Origin: Octopus sinensis
Lineage: Eukaryota
Direction of reading: 5' to 3'
Assembly (NCBI RefSeq): GCF_006345805.1
Contig: NC_043016.1
Location: forward strand, 24,118,001 to 24,182,000
Length of the DNA stretch: 64,000 nt
Below the pieces are notes generated by a model. The model had not been told where the DNA came from. It ran no database searches and saw only the letters and a program-made list of their open reading frames with translations. Positions 1-11,830 of the stretch are shown piece by piece; the stretch's first letter is position 1; every line of letters begins with the position of its first letter. A program made the position numbers and the translations under genes.

Positions 1-470
1 TCACACCTATGCTCTAGGTAATAGAGTCTCAATCTCTTGAGTCTTTCCCAGTACTTACATGTGACATAGAGGCTATCTTCTTTGTGTAGCTTCGTTGGAT
101 TGCCTCAAGTTCTGAAATTAATTTTGCACTGGTTGGGAACCATAGATGGGAGAATTAGTCACAGTGGCTTAGGATAAATGTCCTCCAGAGGATCATCATG
201 GTTTCTTGATTTCTCAATTTAAAAGTTCTAAGAATCCATCCAGTCAGTTGTCTGCATTTCATTGCCAACTTAGCAATTTGTACATGGAATGATGTATCAT
301 TATTCATGGAAATGCCCAGGTCACACACTGACTGTGTCTCTGGGATTGCAATCCCTCCAAGTGCAGTGTATTTAGTGGGTATTGCAGTTAGTTTTGCATG
401 CTGATAACATAGGACTTGAAACTTTTCAGCATTAAACAGCACATAAATATATGTGTGTGTGGTGTGTGTA
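1..470 (-). mobile_element. CR1/L2-type LINE reverse-transcriptase C-terminal fragment (degraded)
   Basis: Minus-strand translation FNAEKFQVLCY...SVCDLGISMNNDTSFHVQIAKLAMKCRQLTGWILRTFKLR...LWRTFILSHCD matches the post-RT region of CR1-group LINEs. It is interrupted by a (TG)n microsatellite, and weaker remnants may extend to ~900. Confidence 0.8.
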
Positions 471-520
471 TGTGTATGTAAGTATGTATATATGTAAGTA
501 TGTATGTATATATGTAAGTA

Positions 521-558
<38 letters not shown>

Positions 559-994
559 CGCATGTGTGTGTGTGTGTGTATTGCAGAGTCATTTCTGTCT
601 TCAGCATGCTGAAACAAAGACATTTGAAATATGCCCCCAAATATAATTGATAGAACTGTATACATGTTCTCTCTTGTGAGGACATCTCATGTATAGTTCT
701 GAAAATTATATTTTCCATGGTGGTCACAACGATGATTTGTGGACATTTACGTAATGTAAAAGGTAACAATGAAACCTAGGTATGTGACTTATCACTAAAT
801 TTTGTATCTTTTCATTTGTCTTGCTTGCTTTACATTCTAGTGTTTGCCGAAATTTCTTGAGAACAATTTTTCTTAGTGGTCTGACCATATGGGGTCTACC
901 TTTAGCATAATAGGAATCTACCTAGTGGTCATTCCTCTTATATGTATGTTATATATATATATGTATATATATATATGTATATATATATGTTTAT

Positions 995-1105
995 ATATTC
1001 ATTTTGCAAGATTCTTGATGTGAAACAGATATTGTTGCATTTGGGGACGGTCATGTTGCCAGTTTAACCAATGAAAATACACGCACTTTATATTTAGTGT
1101 TCATC
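995..1105 (-). repeat. Terminal arm of hammerhead-bearing PLE-like family (inverted copy)
   Basis: TTTTGCAAGATTCTTG...GAAACAGATATTGTTG...GGTCAT motif recurs at ~7533, ~23800 and ~41106. Its reverse complement matches 2055-2068 joined to 3339-3400. Confidence 0.7.
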
Positions 1106-1221
1106 CCCCCCACACACACACACCACAAACTATGACAGAACAAGATTCCCATAAACTGATAATAATATGAAGCTAATACCACACACAGATAAATAAAAGG
1201 AATTAGATAATTATATACATA

Positions 1222-1630
1222 AACAGGTGCAATAGGTGCAGGAGGGGCTGTGTGGTAAGTAGCTTGCTAACCAACCACATAATTCCGGGTTCAGTCCCAC
1301 GGCGTGGCATCTTGGGCAAGTGTCTTCTGCTATTGCCCCGGGCCGACCAATGCCTTGTGAGTGGATTTGGTAGATGGAAACTGAAAGAAGCCTGTCGTGT
1401 ATATGTATATATATATATATATGTATGTGTGTGTATGTGTTTGTGTGTCTGTGTTTGTCCCCCTAGCATTGCTTGACAACCGATGCTGGTGTGTTTACGT
1501 CCCCGTCACTTAGCGGTTCGGCAAAAGAGACCGATAGAATAAGTACTGGGCTTACAAAGAATAAGTCCCAGGGTCGATTTGCTCGACTAGAGGCGGTGCT
1601 CCAGCATGGCCGCAGTCACATGTCTGAAAC
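1222..1630 (+). mobile_element. SINE family A (tRNA-like head, central TA/TG microsatellite, LINE-like tail)
   Basis: A-box-like GGCTGTGTGG, B-box-like GGTTCAGTCCC, CTTGGGCAAGTGTCTT segment and AAAAGAGT tail repeats; more than 12 related copies in the window. Confidence 0.9.
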
Positions 1631-1965
1631 AAGTAAAAGAGTAAAAGAGTAATAAACAAAATAAATTAAATTAAATTAATACAAAAAAAAGAAAGTTATA
1701 AAAAAGTAAGTAGATAAAAACAAATGAATAAGATAAATAAAAGTAAATTAAACGCGCGTGAATAAACAGGGGATACTGATAATGCAGGTACCATTCACAT
1801 TCCCACTCACACACTTACTAAACATAGATACACACAGGGATATACACGCACACAAACAAAGACACACAAGGATATATGCATGTGCAGATAATGACACATA
1901 CAACTGGAATACAAAATGGCAGATTGTTAGTAAGGGAAAACAAAAAAAAGAAAGAGGAAAGCAAA

Positions 1966-2010
1966 GGACCACTGATGAGGTCACAGTAGTGTGACGAAAG
2001 AACTCTGGCC
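1966..2010 (+). ncRNA. Minimal type I hammerhead ribozyme
   Basis: GGACCA-CTGATGA-G-GTCACA(gtag)TGTGAC-GAAA-GAACT-C-TGGCC: canonical core, perfect 6-bp stem II, and stem I with one bulge. Confidence 0.8.
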
Positions 2011-2068
2011 AAAATACAATTAATATAAAATAACATAAAATAAAGCTGAAGCAAGTGAACACCAAATA

Positions 2069-3336
2069 CGAGGGGCGTTCAATAAGTAATGCCCCTGACC
2101 CACTTCCCATAGCAGTAGAGCAACGACACTTGGCACAGTTATTAGTCTTTTCCTACATAGGAACTACCCAGAGTTATGCATTTCCCCATCGTTTGATACA
2201 GCTCTGGAGACCGTTTTTGTAGAAGACCCCAGCTTGGTCCTCCAACCACGACGTGACTTCAGAAATCAAGGCTGCATCATCTGGGAAACGCTTTCCTTTC
2301 AAAATCAACTCATGGCTGGGAAGAGGTGAAAATCAGAGGGTGCAAGGGGAGGAGTTCATAGCTGCACACCTGTGCTTCTGATCTGGCGACACGCGAGTTG
2401 TGGACCGGAGCGTGTCCTGCAGGAGGAGGATGCCTTTGCTGATCTTGCCCCGCCTCTTGATTTTGATAGCTTCTCTTAATTTCCTCAAAAGTGAAGCATA
2501 ATAGGCTCCTGTAATTGTGGTACCCTTTGCCAGGAAATCTGTCATCACTACTCCATCCTGGTCCCAGAAGACTGTGAGCATAACCTGTCAGCGGAGGGCT
2601 GCACCCTTGCCTTCTTTGGAGGAGGTGAGTCACGGTGCTTTCACTGCATTGACTGGGCTTTGGTCTATGGATCATAGTGATGGACCCAGGTTTTATCCTG
2701 TGTGATCAGTCTTTTGAAAAATTTTGACTCATCTTCTTGGCACATCTCCAAATTCATCCTCGAGCACTCAACGCGTTCTTGCTTCTGGAAAGGTGTGAGC
2801 AACCTGGAAATCCATCTGGCAGACACCTTTTGCATATGCAAATGGTCATGAATGATAGTTTCCACAGACCCAGTACTAATCTTGACCTTATAGGCTATTT
2901 GGCAATAGTTATGCGTTGACCTTCCAAAATGGCAGCCTCAACTTGACGGACAGACGTCTCATCAACGGAGAAGGGGGCGACCAGATCTGGGAGCTGTTTC
3001 CACAGAGTTCCGACTATGTTTGAATTCACAATGCCAGCGTTTTACAAGGTCATATGATGGGGCATCATCACCATAAGTTACTTTCATTTCATCAAAAGTC
3101 TCCCGTGGGTGTGCGTCCTTTCAAATACAAAAAAAACCAGATCACTGCTCGACACTCAACAGGCTCCATTTCACACTTGACTCATTTCAAACACCTGTAA
3201 ATCAGAAACCACAATTATTTCAGAGCTGTAATTCGCCACTTAATCTATAGAGGTATAAATAAGTGCACATGCAAAATTTCAGCTAGATCAAACAACTGCA
3301 AGTGGGTCAGGGGCATTACTTATTGAACGCCCCTCG
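2069..3336 (-). mobile_element. Mariner DNA transposon (irritans/Hsmar2-like), full length but defective
   Basis: Perfect 37-bp TIRs (2069-2105 and 3300-3336) with TA on both sides. Transposase pieces MEPVECRAVI..., WISRLLTP, LITQDKTWVHHYDP, VFWDQDG carry frameshifts and a deletion at the YSPDLAP motif. Confidence 0.95.
2150..3169 (-). pseudogene. Mariner transposase pseudogene
   Basis: ATG at 3169; ORF-track fragments 2665-2865, 2333-2581 and 2310-2675 lie in different frames. Confidence 0.9.
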
Positions 3337-3510
3337 TATATAGTGCATGTGTTTTCATTGGCTAAAGTGGTAACATGACCATCCCTAAATACAACAATAT
3401 GTATATATATATATATATATGTATGTATATGTGTGTATATATACATATGAATGAATATGTATGTATATATATATGTATATATATGCTTATATATATGTAT
3501 ATATATATAT

Positions 3511-3845
3511 ATCATCATCATCATCATCATCATCGTTTTCCATGCTAGCATGGGTTGGATGGTTCAACCGGAGTCTGGGAAGCCGGGAGGCTGCACCAGG
3601 CTCCAGTCTGATCTGGCAGTGTTTCTACAGCTGGTTGCCCTTCCTAACACCAACCACTCTGTGAGTGTAGTGGGTGCTTTCTACATGCCACCGGCACAGG
3701 TGCCAGGCGAGGCTGGCAACGGCCACAATTTGTTGTGCTTTTTTTTATGTGCCACCAGCACGGAAGCCAGTCAAGGTGGCACTGGCATCAACCACGTTCG
3801 GATGGTGCTTTTTCCGTGCCACCGGCACAGGTATCACAACTACAA
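3511..3845 (-). mobile_element. RTE LINE 3' UTR fragment with (GAT)n tail
   Basis: Reverse complement of the 3' end of the RTE at 61680-62040. Confidence 0.85.
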
Positions 3846-3904
3846 TTTCCATTTGATTTTTATTTGATGTTGATGTACTTGACTCAATAGGTCTCATATT
3901 TCTA

Positions 3905-4100
3905 TATATATTCTATCTTTTATTCTTTTGCTTGTTTTGGTCATTTTGACTGTGGCCATACTGGAGCACATCGCTTTACAGGATTTTAGTTGAACAAATC
4001 GAATCCAGGACTTATTTTTTAAGCCTAGCGCTTTTTTGTATCAGTGTCTGTCTCTCCACCACTACTTGATAACCAGTGTTGGTGTGTTTATCTACCTGTA
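3905..4100 (-). mobile_element. SINE family A 3' half, degenerate
   Basis: Similarity to the tail of 1222-1630. Confidence 0.7.
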
Positions 4101-4429
4101 ATTTAGTGAATTGGCAAAAGAGACCAATGGAATCACACACACACATGCTAGCATGGAAAACGGATGTTAAATGATGATGATGATGAAGATGATATATATA
4201 TATATATATACAATGGAACCACCTCTGTTTACAAATGCCTATCATCATGAACAAATCAGTTCACAAACAATTTTTCGAACATAAACTGTTCTTTGGTGAT
4301 AAATACTCAAACCAGCAACTCTGGTTGGCAACAAGCTGGAAATATAAGCAAGAGAGTGTCAGTTGCTGTCTAGCTTTAAGCTAAGAGCACATCCCTGTTG
4401 AATTCACTGTCTTCTCTTGAATTTCCCAT

Positions 4430-4683
4430 TCTCTCTTTCTCTTTCTCTTTTACTTGTTTCAGTCATTTGACTGTGGCCATGCTGGAGCACTGCCTTTGGT
4501 CGAGCAAATCAACCCCAGGACTTATTCTTTGTAAGCCTAGTACTTATTCTATTCGGTCTTCTTTTGCCGAACCACTAAGTTACGGAGACTAAACACACCA
4601 TCATCAGTTGTCAAGCGATGTTGGGGGGACAAATACAGAAACACAAAAACATATACACAAACATACATATATACATATATATA

Positions 4684-4714
<31 letters not shown>

Positions 4715-4880
4715 CATATATACGACGGGCTTCTTTCAGTTTCTATCTACCAAATCACTCGCAAGGCTTTGGTCGGCCCAAGGCTATAGTAGAAGACACT
4801 TGCCCAAGATGCCACACAGTGGGACTGAACCCAGAACCATGTGGTTGGTAAGCAAGCTACTTACCACACAGACACTCCTA
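4430..4880 (-). mobile_element. SINE family A
   Basis: Full reverse-complement copy with central (TA)n. Confidence 0.9.
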
Positions 4881-4977
4881 TTCAAGGGAAAAATAGTTTT
4901 GGTTTTGAAAAGATTTCAGGTCTTGAACAGCCTTCAGGAATGAATCAAATTCATAAACTAAGGTTCCACTAATATAT

Positions 4978-5209
4978 TTCTTTACTGCCCACAAGGGGCT
5001 AAACATAGAGGGGACAAACAAGGACAGACAAACAGATTAAGTCGATTACATCGACCCCAGTGCGAAATTGGTACTTTATTTAATCGTCCCCAAAAGGATG
5101 AAAGGCAAAGTCGACCTCGGCGGAATTTGAACTCAGAACGTAACAGCAGATGAAATACCGCAAAGCATTTCACCTGGTGTGCTAACGTTTCTGCCAGCTA
5201 GCCGCCTTT
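4978..5209 (-). mobile_element. SINE family B with 19-bp target-site duplication
   Basis: TAAGGTTCCACTAATATAT at 4959-4977 and 5210-5228; tRNA-like head and CCTTTCATCCTT..GG..GAT.AAT.AAGTACCA body. Confidence 0.9.
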
Positions 5210-5253
5210 TAAGGTTCCACTAATATATACATGTGTGTGTGTGTGCATGTATA

Positions 5254-6170
5254 TGAGGTTTGATCAATAAGTATCCGGACTGTTGCTATTGGAACAAAGC
5301 TAAAGTATGCAGAGTGAAGCTACTTAGCACAGATTGACCTTGAACTCTGCTGTGCATGTGCACTAAGTTTTAACCTTATGGCTCACTTCCACTGTTTACA
5401 ACAATACTTGGAAGGAAGGTGTGTAGTGTATGTTCATCGCATTGACCATGACCGAGAAAGTTATCATGGTGATACCTGCTCAGAGACCTGCACAAAGTAG
5501 CAGAAAGTGTATGAAGAGGAGTGTATGAGCTACACACAATTATAGGTGTATGAGCTACACGCTGTACAAGTGGTTCAGACGTAACCAAGATGGCCGAAAA
5601 AATGTTGATATTGACAAATGTTCTGGGAGACCTGCAACCAGCGGAACCGAGAAAAACATTGCAAGTGTGTGTGCAGCTGTGAGGGGAAATTGTTGAATTA
5701 CTATCAGTGAATTATCAGAGGATGTGCAGATTAATTACAGTTCAGTTCAGTCCATTATCACTGAAGATTTGGGTATGAAATACATGTTTACCAAGTTTGT
5801 ACCTAAACTGCTTTCAGCTGACCAAAAAGACACTTGGGTTTCAGTTGCACAAGATCTCCTTGATTCTGTTGAGAATAGTGAAAGCTTTTTGAAAACTTTG
5901 CATAGGCCTCTGAGCAGGTATCACCAAGCTTTTGGCAAAATTTGATGCAGATTCTCTGCTCAACTTTCTCTATCATGGTCAATGTGACGATCGCATGCTA
6001 CACATCTTCCTTCCAAGTATTGTTGTAAACAGTGGAAGTGAGCCAGAATGTTAAAACTTAGTGCACATGCACAGCAGAGTTCAAGGTCAATCTGTACCAA
6101 GCAGCTTCACTCTCCATGTTTTATCTTCATTACTATAGCAACAGTCTGAATACTTATTGATCAGACCACA
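5254..6170 (+). mobile_element. Non-autonomous mariner derivative built from two inverted 5' ends
   Basis: Inverted repeats ~5254-5497 and ~5895-6170. The interior is a transposase N-terminal fragment (SGRP..., INYSSVQSIITEDLGMK...KFVPKLL). Confidence 0.85.
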
Positions 6171-6201
6171 TGTGTATAGTAATAACAATAATAATTCTAG
6201 A

Positions 6202-6239
6202 ATGGAATTTCTAAATATTAAAATATTTAGAAATTCCAT
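6202..6239. repeat. Perfect 18-bp inverted repeat with 2-nt spacer
   Basis: ATGGAATTTCTAAATATT-AA-AATATTTAGAAATTCCAT. Confidence 0.95.
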
Positions 6240-7191
6240 CCATGGATTATTATTATTATTATTATTATCATTATTATTACTATATTTATTCTACATTATA
6301 TCAGCACAACTCAGTGTGACCCTAAAAAATTGATACCACCAGTTGGTATCATTAGGCTGTAGCCGGCATAATAAAATAGAAGCTTTTATATGCATATTCA
6401 AATATTTCCCGTAAACTTAAAGGACATACACACACACACACACATACACACACACGCACACACACACACACACATCTATGTATATATGAAGGAAATTTTC
6501 AAAATGGCAGTTTTCTTCACTGTATGACAATTTTTGAAAGTGTCATTATCTTGGGTTTTCTGTTATTCTTGATATTGTTATTTTGGAAGATTTTTCTGGT
6601 TCTCTTTGCCCTTTTTTTATTTGTTATACTTTAAGCTTTCATTGTTTGATAATTATAAAACTGCATATTGCTTCTAAATGTTTTGTTTTATTAATTCAGA
6701 ATTTTGAATTAGTTCACAGCTGGAGTTTGTTTTGTTGGTGGGGGATTTCAATTTTTCCTGTTTTTTCTTTTACCTTTATTTTTCTTTGAAAGATAGGAGC
6801 TTTTCTCTTAAATATATAAACTTGCTTACCATTTTGTTGTTGTTGTTGCCTTTTTTAATCAACTTTCATCCTGAAAATGCCAAAAGCACACATGCTATAC
6901 ACACACAAACACACAACCACAAACACGTATGTGTGTATGTACGTTTAGAATGGTTTTTATTGCCTTTCATCGTTCTATAAGATACATTTTAGTTCTCTGA
7001 CAATATTTTATGGAAGTCATTCAGTACATCATCGCCTATCTTGTGTGTGTGTGTATAATACATTTCATAATCACTGAGCTTGCTTGACTAGCACCAACTG
7101 TATGAAGCCTTTAGACATGTGGAAATAATCCAGTTAACACAAACACAATTATGTTTATATATATATATATATATATGTATCTATCTTATTA

Positions 7192-7237
<46 letters not shown>

Positions 7238-7245
7238 TATATATA

Positions 7246-7281
<36 letters not shown>

Positions 7282-7709
7282 CTCATAAATTTATATATAT
7301 ATATAAATCTATACGTTATCTTAATCTCTCTCTCTTTATATATATGTGTGTGTGTGTATCTATATCTATATCTATATATACATATATATATATATATAAT
7401 AGTTATCGCCATACTAATATGGCATTCTTATAAAAATAAGAATAAAGCTGTCCGCTTATTAGCTCCATGAGCCATCGCCTTAAGTTAGCTATTTGATACA
7501 CAAACTGTATCCATATAACCTTTATCAATTCATTTTGCAAGATTTTGCAAGATTCCTGATGTGAAATCTCATGTGTTGAAACAGATATTGTTGTATTTTG
7601 GGATGATCATTTTTGTTTTCTTTTTTGCCAAGTAGACACATGCACTACAGATTGTTTTTAATCACTCATTTATTACTGTTCTTATTTTATCATTTTAATT
7701 CATGTCCAT

Positions 7710-7755
7710 TGTCCGGAAATCTTTCGTCACACATCTGTGACCTTTTCAGCGACAC
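7710..7755 (-). ncRNA. Hammerhead ribozyme copy with mutated core (CTGAAAA)
   Basis: Minus strand GTGTCG-CTGAAAA-G-GTCACA(gatg)TGTGAC-GAAA-GATTT-C-CGGACA; G8 is changed to A. Confidence 0.65.
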
Positions 7756-7852
7756 TTTTCATTTTTGCATGTTCTTGCTCCACTTACTCAATTCTATTCT
7801 TCTAAGATGTGTATCCTTACGTGTACATGTGTTTGTGTCCTTGTGAGTGTGT

Positions 7853-7910
<58 letters not shown>

Positions 7911-8139
7911 CTTGTGTGTGTGTCATAGTTTTTAGCAGCAGTGTGATCGTCCCCTCAGCCCCATCCTCTCACACCATCAAACTGCTGCTGCCCTAAGACC
8001 CGAAAAAAAAGGAAATGGTACAGTTCCTCTATTCCTCTGTTCATGATGTTACCATTGTGGTAGTTGTTGTTGTTATTGCCATCGTTGGCACTGCTGCTGT
8101 TGCTGATGTTGTTAGTTGCCCCTTTAAAATCCCTGATTT

Positions 8140-8615
8140 GCAATACCTATCCCTTTGATAGGTCCCTCTTTTTGGAGTACAATTGTGCTGTATGTAGGAT
8201 GAACCTACAGCTTAACTGTAAGGTTAGGTATATAGTATATAACTTACGATGTACTAAGGGACAGTGCAGAAACATGACAACTACCTACTCTGGAGAGACT
8301 GCATGCAGCATAGGAGAGCATATAGGTGAACATTGGTGAGAGCTCAAAGAAGGGAAAAGTTCATCAGTGCTCTACCAACATGCTCAGGCAGAACATAGAA
8401 GCTTGATTAATAGTATAGAGGTTAAAGTACTACTGACACATAGAACTGACATGAATCTTAGACAGATCACAGAAGCTACACACATAACAGTAGACAGGCC
8501 AAGCCTCAATAGAAAACACGAATGGAACAGTAACACCCACCACCACACCACATGGCTAAAGACAGTTGGGATGAGAAGTAAGAGGAAAAAAAAGGAAGAA
8601 AAAAGCCATAAATAA
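8140..8615 (+). pseudogene. GIY-YIG endonuclease domain of a Penelope-like element
   Basis: CAVC...NCKVRYIVYNLRCTKGQC...TYSGETACSIGEHIGEHW*ELKEGKSSSVLYQHAQAEH...RQITEATHITVDRPSLNRKHEW. ORFs 8064-8339 and 8367-8615 are in the same frame, separated by one TGA. Confidence 0.85.
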
Positions 8616-8895
8616 TACAAAGAAATATACAGGATAATACACACACAGTAGACATATATGCACTTAGCTGTGATACCTATGAGAAATAGAGATAGATATA
8701 TAAAAAAATGGGAAAATAATAATAAATAAATAAATAAATATATAATAAGGTAACAAAGGAAAGGAATTCCTTCAAAGGGGTTTGTAAAACACCCAATTCA
8801 TTGGTATGTTAGGTATATACCACATAAATATGAGTATAATGCAAATGACAAACAATAAATTAAATAGAGAGATACAATTGACAATCCAATAATTT

Positions 8896-9810
8896 CATCA
8901 TCATCATCATCATCATCATTTAACATCTGCTTTCCATGCTAGCATGGGTTGGATGATTTGACTGAGGTCTGGCGAACCAGACTCCAATCTGATCTGGCAG
9001 AGTTTCTACAGCTGGATGCCCTTACTAACACCAACCACTCTGAGAGTGTAGTGGATGTTTTTACTTGCCATCGGCACGAGGGCTAGTTAGGTGGTACTGG
9101 CAACGGCAATGCTCAAATGGTGCTTTTTATGTGCCACCTGCACAGGAGCCAGTCCAGCGGCACTGGCAACAGCAATAACATCGCTCGAATGTTGCAGGTA
9201 GGGATCACACTCGAATGGTGCTTTTAACATGCCATCGGCACAAAGGCCAGCTTGTTACTCTGGCAACGATCTCACTCATATGGTACTCTTAGCGCTTCAC
9301 TAGCAATGGATGCCAGTCACGAATTTGATTTCGACTTTGATTTCACTTGCCTCAACAGGTCTTCGGAATCGAGTTTGATTTCGATTTTGATTTCACTTGC
9401 CTCAACTGGTCTTCGCAAGCAGAGTTTAGTATCCAATGAAGGAAAGGCATGCATAAGTGGACTGATTACACCCCTGGCAGATAGGCCACATGGTTATGGT
9501 CTCACTTGTGCCTGCCGAGAAGGTTATGGTCTCACTTGCGCTTGCTGAGTCTTCTCAAGCACAGCATATTTCCAGAGGTCCCGGTCACTAGTCATTGCCT
9601 CAGTGAGGCCCAATGTTTGAAGGTCATGCTTCACCACCTCATCCCAGGTCTTCCTGGGTCTACCTCTTCCACAGGTTCCCTCAACCGCTAGGGTGTGGCA
9701 CTTTTTCACACAGCTATCCACATCCATTTTCGCCACATGACCATACCAACGCAGTCGCCTCTCTTGCACACCACATCTGATGCTTCTTAAGTCCAACCTT
9801 TCTCTCGAGG
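8896..9810 (-). mobile_element. 5'-truncated RTE LINE
   Basis: ORF 9524-9796 RRLRWYGHVAKM...GRGRPRKTWDEVVKHDL is nearly identical to 61191-61457, followed by the 3' UTR and (GAT)n tail. Confidence 0.95.
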
Positions 9811-10900
9811 TACTTTATTTATATTATAATATAGCATAATATACTATGAATATAATACAATATAACATAAACAATTATTTAAACAACCAAAAAAGCCAAC
9901 AATTTATTTCAACTTATATACATTTTTTGATATATAGACAATTCAGTTACCTTACATATAAGTCACATCAGGGCAGTGATGTGCAGATAGATGAAATTCT
10001 TTGTGAAAGAACTGCTGGAATGTAAAAAAAATGCCTATGTATTATGAGCATGAGTGTTAACCATTCAACTACGTATCATTACATAAAAAATTAAATAACA
10101 AAATTATAACAGACAAAATAATTAAGTAAGTAGAATCTACAACTATTGAAATATATTTCTATATATCTCAAATAATAGCAATCCAAGTTCCTTTAGATCT
10201 ATGACAATCTTTTGCTACTATAATAACATACAACATTAATATATATGTATATAATTAAGTATCAGGGTCTTACTTAATCTATAAACTGTAATAAAACGTA
10301 TAAAAAGATATAATGATAATTACATTTTCAATATATTATAACTCTTCTGTTTATTTAAAGTTATTGATATAAAAAAGTTGCTAAAACTAACTAATAAAAG
10401 TGTTCTATAGTTATTGTTTGTCAGAGGGAGAATTCCATAATAAATATGAATAGAAACTTCTTCGTTTACTTAACTTATTGTTTGTAAGTATATAAATAGA
10501 TAAATAAATAAATATATAAATATATCTGCCACATACCTGTGATAAATATAAGACATAGAGATATATTAAATAAATAAAACTATATATATAGCATGGACAC
10601 ATACTACATACGAAGCGAACCTATACATACAAACAAACATACACACATGAGATTTCATGGACAGCCATAACAATATCAACAACATCATCAACAGTGGCAG
10701 TGCTAACGATTGCAATAACAACAACTACCAAGATGGCAACACCATGGGCGAACACACATACATAGAGGAATACAGGAACTGTACCATTTTCTTTTTTTTG
10801 GTGGAGGGGGTCTTAGGACAGCAGCAGCACAATGGTGTGAGAGGATGGGGCTGAGGAGAAAGACACACTGCTGCTAAAAACTATGACACACACACACAAG

Positions 10901-10940
<40 letters not shown>

Positions 10941-11072
10941 ACACACACACATACACACACACACCACACATATACATACACACAAGGACTCAAATGCATG
11001 TGCACATAAGGATACACATCTTAGAAGAACAGAATGGGGTAAGTGGAGCAAGAACACAAACGAAAATGAAAA

Positions 11073-11119
11073 GTGTCGCTGAAGAGGTCACAGATGTGTG
11101 ACGAAAAATTTCTAGACAT
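11073..11119 (+). ncRNA. Minimal type I hammerhead ribozyme
   Basis: GTGTCG-CTGAAGA-G-GTCACA(gatg)TGTGAC-GAAA-AATTT-C-TAGACAT: intact core, palindromic AAATTT stem III, predicted UUC cleavage site. Confidence 0.75.
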
Positions 11120-11469
11120 GGACATGAATTAAAATGATAAAATAAGAACAGTAATAAATGAGTGAATAAAAACAACATATAGTGTATGTGTTTACTTGGT
11201 AAAAAAGAAAAAAAATTGACCACCCGAAATACAATACATATATATATTATATATATATATATATTATATATATATTATATATATATAAACAGATGAATAA
11301 GGGTATATTAAATGATATGAAATATCAATTCTTGATTTGTTGAAACTGTCTCCACTTTCATCTCAAGAATGAAGAATTCTCCAAACATAACATGCCATCA
11401 AAATAAGAATGGTCTGATTGTTGGTTGAGAAGAGGACATACATACATACCCATATACATTATACTTTTA

Positions 11470-11830
11470 CATGGCACTGTATGGGTGCTTGTATGTGCAC
11501 TACACAAGAGCCTTTACATGGTGCTGCACGAGTCCTTTTACATGGCAGCACCATGTATGCTTTATGCCACCAGAAGGATCAGTCTTAACACTTCTGCTGC
11601 GGGGTACAGGTTTTTTTGAGTATGGCCAAGCACTAGGTATCTTGGTCCTTTGTCATCTTACCTTCAGCTTCTTGAAGTTGTTCTTCAGTATTTCATCACC
11701 TGTCTTCCAGGGTCTCCCACTTTCACATGTTCCATCAACTTTGAGAGTTTGGAACTTCTTTATTGGAGCTGTCACCATCCATTCACATCAAATAACCAAA
11801 CTAGTGCAATCTTCTATCAGAACACTGGCA
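11470..11830 (-). mobile_element. Old RTE LINE 3' fragment
   Basis: Minus-strand KKFQTLKVDGTCESGRPWKTGDEILK resembles the RTE ORF C-terminus. Confidence 0.65.

Larger units (their letters stand above)
7533..11236 (+). mobile_element. Penelope-like element with long inverted hammerhead-containing arms
   Basis: Arms ~7590-8132 and ~10648-11236 are reverse complements, each with a hammerhead motif. A GIY-YIG ORF lies between them, and an RTE is inserted inside. Confidence 0.75.
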
